A DNA stretch of 64,000 nucleotides from Acidobacteriota bacterium (GTDB lineage Bacteria > Acidobacteriota > UBA890 > WLXD01). The notes under the pieces were generated by a model. The model had not been told where the DNA came from and made no database searches. It worked only from the letters and a program-made list of their open reading frames with translations. Below, piece after piece: positions 57,595 through 64,000 of the stretch (position 1 is its first letter; every line of letters starts with the position of its first letter). The stretch lies in contig CBDFKD010000002.1 of the NCBI GenBank assembly GCA_965248695.1, forward strand, positions 800,001 to 864,000, in the 5' to 3' direction. Position numbers and translations under genes: made by a program.

Positions 57595-59593
57595 AGCGCC
57601 GTTCGTGTGCGTGCTGGCGCTGGCCCTCTCGCTGGCGACCGAGCCGGCCCTAGCCTGGGGGGCGCAGGAGGAGCCCGGGCAGGCCGGGTCCGAGCAGACC
57701 GGCGATACAGATCCGCCCGAGCTTCAGCGTGTCTACTCCACCGCCACCGTCATCGGCGGCCGCCCCATCTCCTCGAGCACCTCGGCCGTGTTCGTCCTCG
57801 ACCGCGCGGCCGTGGAGTCGCTGGTGGCGCGATCGGCCGCCGACTTGCTGCGCTTCGTGCCCGGCGTGCAGTTGCTCACCAACGGCTCGCGTGGCGGCGC
57901 CACGGCGGCGCAGATTCGTGGCGGCGACCCGAACTTCACGCTCGTGCTGCTCGACGGCGTGCCGCTCAACGACTCCAACGATCAGCAGGGCGGCGCCGTC
58001 AGCCTCAACAGCCTGCCCACGGAGACCATCGAGCGCATCGAGGTGGTGTCGGGACCGCTATCGGCCCACTACGGGTCAACCGGGCTGGCGGGCGCCATCA
58101 ACATCATCACGCGCACCGGGGCCTCTGGTGCTGGAGCGCCAGGACCGGACGGGGCGGACCCGGCTCTGGCAAGCGAGCCGCCGTCGATCCACGCCTCGAT
58201 CGAGAGTGGTTCCGCTTCGTTGTTCAGAGCCTCGGCAGGCATCAGCAGCTACTGGCGGCCGAGCCACGACTACTCGGCGACCGTGCAGTACGAGCGCGAG
58301 GAAGGCCGCATCGGCGAAGACCGATTCGAGCAGCTCGACGCTCAGGCGCGGCTCGGTCTGCGACCCGGCGACACCACCGATCTGCGGTTCGTGGGCCGTT
58401 TCACGACTTGGGAGGCCGACGACTATCCGGTCGCATCCGGAGGTCCGACCCTAGGGTCGGGCGAGCTCCGCACATCGAGCCACGACGAGCTCAGCGTCGG
58501 CGTCGATCTAACGATGGAGCCTGACGATCGGCATCAGATCCGCATCAATGGCTCCGTCTACCGTCACACGCTGGAACGAACCAGCCCGGCAATTCCGCCG
58601 CTGGTACCGCCGTTGGTCGAGGACGCCCGCTTCACCCGCGCCCGGTTCGGCGGCTCGGCGCTGCTGCGCATCTCCGACATCGGCTTCCTGAGCGTCGGCG
58701 CCGACGTGAATGTCGAGCGCGGCGACGTACAGAGCATCCTGTCGCTACCGCCGTTCTTCGGCGGCGACATCGCCGGCGACTACGACATCAGCCGGACAAT
58801 CGGCGGACCGTTCGCCGAGCTGGTCCTGGATCTCGACAGGGTCGCGTTGGAGGTGGGCACGCGCCTCGATTTCGTCGAGGGCAGCGATCCGCAGTTCAGC
58901 CCGCGGTTCGGGATCAATTACCGGGCCGGTGAGGCGACACAGATCCGCGCTTCGGTGGGCCGCGCCTTCAAGCTCCCCAGCTTCTTCGCCATCGCCAGCC
59001 CCCGGGCTCTCGGAGGCAACCCGGCGTTGCGGCCAGAATCCTCCTGGGGCGGCGACCTCGGCGTGCAGCACGAGTGGCGGCAAGCCGGCGTACGGCTCGG
59101 CCTCACGGCCTTCTACAACCGCTTCACGGACCTGGTCGACTTCGATTTCGCCACCTTCTTGAACGTCAACCGCAACGCTGTGGAGACGCGCGGCGTGGAG
59201 GCGCACATCGGATGGCGTAGCGACTCGCGCTTCGGCATCGATGCCACCGTCACGCGCCAGAGCGTCGAGGATCTCAGCTCTCCCGAGCCGCTGCTGCAGC
59301 GTCCGGAGTGGCTAGCCAACCTCCGCGCCACCTGGCAGGCGCACGAGCGTGTATTGCTAGCGGCCGACGCTGAATACGTTGCGGGGTTCTTCGATCGGCA
59401 GCTGCCAGTGCCCGACCGCGACTGCGTCGACGGTCGTACGCTGCTGGGAATCAGCGGATCGTGGAAAGCCGCTCCCGGCCTCGATCTGGTGGCCCGCGCC
59501 GACAACCTCGCCGACGCCAGCTACGAGACGCTGATCGGCTTTCCGGGGCCCTCGCGATCGATCCGTATCGGGCTCCGGTACAACGGTCGCTAG
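57581..59593 (+). CDS. TonB-dependent receptor
   Basis: Plug 'LRFVPGV...IRGG...LLDGVP...IERIEV...GAINIIT', barrel, 'DNLAD..Y...GFPGPSR'. Confidence 0.92.
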   Translation: MLVARAPFVCVLALALSLATEPALAWGAQEEPGQAGSEQTGDTDPPELQRVYSTATVIGGRPISSSTSAVFVLDRAAVESLVARSAADLLRFVPGVQLLTNGSRGGATAAQIRGGDPNFTLVLLDGVPLNDSNDQQGGAVSLNSLPTETIERIEVVSGPLSAHYGSTGLAGAINIITRTGASGAGAPGPDGADPALASEPPSIHASIESGSASLFRASAGISSYWRPSHDYSATVQYEREEGRIGEDRFEQLDAQARLGLRPGDTTDLRFVGRFTTWEADDYPVASGGPTLGSGELRTSSHDELSVGVDLTMEPDDRHQIRINGSVYRHTLERTSPAIPPLVPPLVEDARFTRARFGGSALLRISDIGFLSVGADVNVERGDVQSILSLPPFFGGDIAGDYDISRTIGGPFAELVLDLDRVALEVGTRLDFVEGSDPQFSPRFGINYRAGEATQIRASVGRAFKLPSFFAIASPRALGGNPALRPESSWGGDLGVQHEWRQAGVRLGLTAFYNRFTDLVDFDFATFLNVNRNAVETRGVEAHIGWRSDSRFGIDATVTRQSVEDLSSPEPLLQRPEWLANLRATWQAHERVLLAADAEYVAGFFDRQLPVPDRDCVDGRTLLGISGSWKAAPGLDLVARADNLADASYETLIGFPGPSRSIRIGLRYNGR

Positions 59594-59612
59594 GCGATAC
59601 GGCGCGGGCGCA

Positions 59613-59856
59613 CCTGCCCGACGACGCCAGCATCCAGCCCACGAGCGCGGCAAAGACCATGCCTCCGAACGCCCCGGCCGATCGCGGCGCGGCGGTGGGC
59701 GTCTGGAACCTCAGCCGCGGCACCGGCCCGCTCGGTAGCCTGGAAACCGGAGCCGTTGCCGGCGCGCTCGGCGCACCGATGGCCCAGGTGATCAACGCCG
59801 CTGCTTTCTTGGTCGTAGTCGCAGGCGCTGCGCCGCTGCAGCGAACCGCTCGCTGA
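59613..59856. pseudogene. Two back-to-back MFS C-terminal remnants
   Basis: Plus 59680-59856: DRGAAVGVWNLSRGTGPLGSLETGAVAGALGAP...*; minus 59681-59613: SAGAFGGMVFAALVGWMLASSG. Confidence 0.5.
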
Positions 59857-59921
59857 CGTATAGAGTCGACATAGTGCGCCACGCACAGCGGACGTCTGCG
59901 TGAACCTCGAGGAGTAAGCGA

Positions 59922-60380
59922 ATGGCTCTCGACCTGCCGAGCGTGATGATCCTGCTGGCGTTGCAGCTCCTGGCACTCGCGTGGCGGGTGCGGCGCGAAA
60001 TCGACGGCCACGAGGCGCATCCGTTCCCCTGGGTCCCTGTGCCCGACAACGTCAACGTAGCGGCCATGCTGGTGGTGCTGTACTTCTGCATCGTGGCGCC
60101 GCTGACCACCACCGGCCTGCGGCTCTACTCCGTCAGCGTGCTAGCGCGAGCATGCTTCGCAGCCGCGTGCCTTCTGATCGTCGCGCACCCGTTGATCGTC
60201 GCCGCCCACTATCGCGTCTGGGGTGGAGACCGCGGTGGGACCAGCCCGGAAGGGGATCAGCCGTATTGCACGCGTCAGGAGGCGGTCTTGCAAGTGATCG
60301 CGCTCATCGGTGCCACGGTGGTTTTCCTGTGGGTCTTGCGGGCCGCCAGCGCCCCGACCGTCACGTTGCCGCCAAACTGA
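59922..60380 (+). CDS. Hypothetical membrane protein
   Basis: GAGGAG RBS, 4 TM helices. Confidence 0.75.
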   Translation: MALDLPSVMILLALQLLALAWRVRREIDGHEAHPFPWVPVPDNVNVAAMLVVLYFCIVAPLTTTGLRLYSVSVLARACFAAACLLIVAHPLIVAAHYRVWGGDRGGTSPEGDQPYCTRQEAVLQVIALIGATVVFLWVLRAASAPTVTLPPN

Positions 60381-60534
60381 TCCACCGCGATGGGTCCGCG
60401 GCATGGCGACGGTAACTGCGGTTCCCTGAGGACCGTCTCATCGATAAGTGGAAGCATGATTGGTGAGCCAGTTGCTGTACGCGAAGATATATGTTACGAT
60501 ATATTTATGAATATATTCCTGGCAGAGGATACCT

Positions 60535-60771
60535 ATGGGCAAGCCGTTGACGATCCAGGCCGAAGACGATCGACGGATTGAGAATCTGAAAGACCGTCTC
60601 GGTGTATCCACCAAGATCGGGGTAGTCCGGGCCGGGCTGGAACTGTTGGAAAAAGAGGCGGAGCGGCGTACTCGGGTGGCCCGCTGGCGCAGCGCCGCCC
60701 AGCTAGCTGCACCGACGAGCCGAGAAGTGAACGCGGAGTTCCGCGCTCGCACCAGACTGAAGACGCTGTGA
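60535..60771 (+). CDS. Putative antitoxin (RHH-like)
   Basis: 78 aa, GTGA overlap with toxin; TTGCTG-17-TACGAT promoter at 60472-60500. Confidence 0.75.
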   Translation: MGKPLTIQAEDDRRIENLKDRLGVSTKIGVVRAGLELLEKEAERRTRVARWRSAAQLAAPTSREVNAEFRARTRLKTL

Positions 60772-61121
60772 AGTCCGTTCCGCGGCGCTGGGATATTCAC
60801 GTGGTCGATCTGGAGCCGCAGGTCGGAACCAAGCCGGGAAAGCAGCGCCCGTGCCTGGCGATCCAGCCCACCGAGCTCAGTCAGGCCGGATTGGAGAGCA
60901 CCGTCGTCCTTCCTTTGACAACCAAGACAACCGCGCAGGAAGCGTTCCCACTCCGTGTCCGGATCCCGGCCGGCACCGCGGGCATCCGCCACGACAGCGA
61001 TATCCTGATAGATCAGATGCTGGCCTGGGACAACGCGTTGTTCCGGCAGAGACTCGGCGCGCTTCCCGACGCGCTGCGGGAAGAGGTCAAGGCAGCGTTA
61101 TCCGACTTCCTCGATCTCTAG
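60768..61121 (+). CDS. mazF: PemK/MazF family toxin
   Basis: DLEPQVGTKPGKQRPCL, VLPLTT, DILIDQM. Confidence 0.88.
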   Translation: MKSVPRRWDIHVVDLEPQVGTKPGKQRPCLAIQPTELSQAGLESTVVLPLTTKTTAQEAFPLRVRIPAGTAGIRHDSDILIDQMLAWDNALFRQRLGALPDALREEVKAALSDFLDL

Positions 61122-61270
61122 CCGTCACGCCGATGTCGGTCTGGCGCGGCTAGTGAATCAACAAAACCCGTTCGTTGGGCGGGTAGACTCGTTCTTCGCT
61201 CATGTTTCCTGGCCCATCGTTGGTGCTCCGACCTGCCCCGTTATCTCATGCGTCCATTCATCGGTGTCGG

Positions 61271-62341
61271 TCAATCGTCCGCGCCGCCCCAGATATCCCC
61301 CACCGTAAAACCGTCGGGGAAGGGGTCGTCGTCGTCGACTACGTACTGCGCCGTGCCAGTGATCCACGCGGTACCGCGGATCGTCGGCACGACGGCCTTG
61401 TGCTCACCGAGGGTCGTTTCGCGCACCAGGCGCCCAGTGAACGTCGTGCCGAGAATCCCTTCGTGGACGAAGTCCTGATCCAGCGGCAGCTCGCCCTTGG
61501 CCCACATGGCGACCATTTTGGCGCACGTACCGGTTCCACAGGGCGAGCGGTCGAGCACGCCCTTCCAGGTGCCGGGGCGGTTCCAGTCGAGCTTGCCGCT
61601 GGAGACGATCACGGTGTTCTTGCGATGCGCGCCCGGCACGCTCGGAGGCGCCGACAGCTGGCCGATCGTCACCCCGCGGATGTCCGGATTCACCGGGTGC
61701 ACCGGAGCATCGAGCTGCTCCTGGGTGGCGGCCTTGATCATCTCGCCGACACGCGTGATCTCACCGGCCTCATCGGCCGCCAGCGTCAGCCCCACCTGGT
61801 CGGCGTCGGCGATGACGTAGAACATGCCGCCGTATGCGACGTCAACGACCACCTTGCCGAGCTCCGGAACATCGACCTCGGCATCGAGGTGCACTGCAAA
61901 CGCGGGCACGTTCTCGAAGGTCACCCCCTTCACCTTGCCGCCTTCGACCTCGGCGATCACCTTGATCAGCCCCGCCGGCGACTCCAGCGTCAGCTCGGTG
62001 ATCGGCTCGGTGCAGGGCACCATGCCGGTCTCGATCAGCACGGTAGTCACAGCGATGGTGTTGGTGCCCGACATGCCGGGGTACTCGACCTGCTCCATGA
62101 TCACGTAGCCGGCGGCGGCTCGCGGATCGGTGGCCGGCAAGATCAGGTTGCAGTTGGCTGCCGGATAGCCCCGCGGCTCACGCAGCATGCGCTTGCGGAT
62201 ATGGTCGGCCTCGGTCGACAGGTAGACCATCTTCTCGAACATCGTGTTGCCGGGAACGTCCAGCACCCCGCCGACGATGACGCGGCCGGGCTCGCCGCAC
62301 ACATGGGTATCGACGGCATGGATGACGTTGGAGATTCGCAT
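61271..62341 (-). CDS. Proline racemase family protein (Ser/Cys type)
   Basis: HVCGEPGR, REPRG, YPGMSGTNTI, DVAYGG, DRSPCGTGT. Confidence 0.9.
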   Translation of the reverse strand: MRISNVIHAVDTHVCGEPGRVIVGGVLDVPGNTMFEKMVYLSTEADHIRKRMLREPRGYPAANCNLILPATDPRAAAGYVIMEQVEYPGMSGTNTIAVTTVLIETGMVPCTEPITELTLESPAGLIKVIAEVEGGKVKGVTFENVPAFAVHLDAEVDVPELGKVVVDVAYGGMFYVIADADQVGLTLAADEAGEITRVGEMIKAATQEQLDAPVHPVNPDIRGVTIGQLSAPPSVPGAHRKNTVIVSSGKLDWNRPGTWKGVLDRSPCGTGTCAKMVAMWAKGELPLDQDFVHEGILGTTFTGRLVRETTLGEHKAVVPTIRGTAWITGTAQYVVDDDDPFPDGFTVGDIWGGADD

Positions 62342-62411
62342 CGTTATTCGGTTTCCTGTTTCACGGTTCGTTTCATCGTCTCGAGAGTGGGCTCGGAGCG
62401 TTGCGCGCGTG

Positions 62412-63464
62412 CTAGGCGCCAACCACCGTCTTCATCCAGTCAGCGGTGTTGTGAAAATCAGCGACCACACTGCCGGGCGGCACTAGCTCATCGCACGCCT
62501 GACGCGCCGCGTCGCTGAGCTCCATCTCGAGCACCGGCAGCAGAGGCTCCAGATATTCCATCGTTCGCGGCCCGATCAGCGGCGCGGTGATCCCAGGTTG
62601 GTCTTTGCACCAGAGGATGGCTAGCTGCGCGGCGCTGAGGCCGTCGGATTCGGCGATCTTACTGAACTCGATGCCGACCTCGACGCCTCGACGAGTCACG
62701 CGGTCGGCGTAGAAGCCGCCGCGCAGCGCGGCACGCGACTCGGCCGGGTAGTCGTCGTGGCTCTTGTACCGCCCCGCCAGGACGCCCATCGCCATCGGCG
62801 CCCAGGCAATCAGTCCGACGCCGTGACGCTGGCACATCGGCACGAGCTCGTTCTCGATGCGCCGGTCCAGCAGGTTGTATGGCGGCTGCTCGGAGACGTA
62901 ACGCGCCCAGCCGCGCGCCTTGCTCACGCCGATGGATTCCATGGCCATCCAAGCGGGGTGCGTGGAGCAGCCGATGTAGCGGATCTTGCCCTGCGTCACC
63001 AGGTCGTGAAGTGCTCCCAAGGTCTCGTCGAAGGGAACGTCGGGCGACGGCCGGTGCATCTGATACAGGTCGATGTAGTCGGTGTCTAACCGCTTCAGAG
63101 ACGCTTCACAGGCGCGGATGATGTTGAGCCGCGAGTGCCCGTACTCGTTCGGTCCGACCTGGTCAGGGTAATCCTCCAGCTTCATCCCCACCAGGCGCCG
63201 GCCGTGATCGCACTTGGTGCCAATCAAGACCTGGTGGCGACGACCGCGGCGCTTGAGTATCCGACCCAGAACACGCTCGCCCTCGCCGTCGGCGTAAACA
63301 TCGCCGGTGTCGACCAGGTTGATTCCCGCGTCCATGGCGGTCAGCAGGATGCGCTCGCACTCATCTTCAGGGCTCGGATCCATGAAGTTGTCGGTGCCAA
63401 GCGCCAGCGGTGAGACCTTGGCGCCCGTTCGTCCCAGACTTCGGTAGTCCATCACTTGTGCCAC
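62412..63464 (-). CDS. Aldo/keto reductase
   Basis: DTGDVY, SLKRLDTDYIDLYQMH, GKIRYIGCS, QPPYNLL. Confidence 0.92.
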   Translation of the reverse strand: MAQVMDYRSLGRTGAKVSPLALGTDNFMDPSPEDECERILLTAMDAGINLVDTGDVYADGEGERVLGRILKRRGRRHQVLIGTKCDHGRRLVGMKLEDYPDQVGPNEYGHSRLNIIRACEASLKRLDTDYIDLYQMHRPSPDVPFDETLGALHDLVTQGKIRYIGCSTHPAWMAMESIGVSKARGWARYVSEQPPYNLLDRRIENELVPMCQRHGVGLIAWAPMAMGVLAGRYKSHDDYPAESRAALRGGFYADRVTRRGVEVGIEFSKIAESDGLSAAQLAILWCKDQPGITAPLIGPRTMEYLEPLLPVLEMELSDAARQACDELVPPGSVVADFHNTADWMKTVVGA

Positions 63465-63622
63465 CGTCGTCCGTTGTTCAGGCCGTCTGCGTGTGGGTAG
63501 GAGCCCGCGCGCGTCGCGGCGTGAATGGCAAAGCTCGCCAGGACTACGGCCGCTTGCTGAAGATCCTCCTCAACAAGCCCGTTGAAGAACTCCAGGTCGT
63601 CCTGGATGAACTGGAAGCCGGG
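63452..63622 (-). pseudogene. C-terminal remnant of an M28/carboxypeptidase Q-like peptidase
   Basis: PGFQFIQDDLEF...LVEEDLQQAAVVLASFAIHAATR; the usual His-containing segment appears deleted. Confidence 0.55.
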
Positions 63623-64000
63623 ACATCTCATTCCACACCAATATGGATGTCTACGACCGAGCGGTTGCCGCCCGGATTCCTCCGACACATTCGCCGCGGA
63701 GAGCGGGACACCGCGGCCTCGTCTCCAAAATGTCTCCATGACTGGGGTCGATCACGAGTGAATCGAGTGGACTCCAGGGGACTCGTTTGGTCGGCGTAAG
63801 GTGTTTGGAACCAAACCCTTGAGGCCGAAAGTCGTGCGCCATCAGTGAGTTAGGGCGTGGCCTCAATTAGGGTTCAATTTCCGCTGCCTCCACTTCCAAG
63901 TTGTTCTATTCGTGGAACCGCTGCGTGGTTGAACTCGCCAGGCTCGTCTACTGCCCCGCCGCAGAGTTGCCCGCAGCGCCCTCATCGGCGATCGGCGGAC

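Noticed and set aside
63410-63799. Plus-strand 129-aa ORF
   Set aside because: The opposite strand matches an M28 peptidase tail better; no motif on this strand.
1-64000. CRISPR arrays, tRNA/rRNA genes, prophage or integron
   Set aside because: No regularly spaced repeats, RNA gene signatures, phage genes or integrase were recognised by eye; dedicated tools were not run.

Overview
High-GC bacterial chromosome segment. An ADOP-type permease remnant, a TonB receptor and many exported peptidases hint at Acidobacteriota, but this is inference only. It carries about 60 mostly metabolic, transport and hydrolase genes, an intact IS256 with a 9-bp target duplication, an IS3 element without one, two MazEF-type TA pairs, a damaged YefM-YoeB pair, an HTH plus nucleotidyltransferase pair behind a 32-bp perfect palindrome, a glycan-modification cluster, a sugar kinase/aldolase cluster facing a Tm-1-like/PEP-hydrolase pair, and a damaged heavy-metal-type RND pump. 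The best finding is missed by the ORF track: a 170-aa AhpC/TSA-type redoxin (7695-8207, minus) whose active site reads W-UGA-P-K-UGA, followed by a SECIS-like hairpin, i.e. a candidate UxxU di-selenoprotein. Also notable is a YfiR-linked outer-membrane barrel that seems to replace the usual TonB receptor. Many intergenic gaps hold short gene remnants, and several genes have single-base frameshifts that may be assembly errors. All family assignments come from motif recognition, not database searches.
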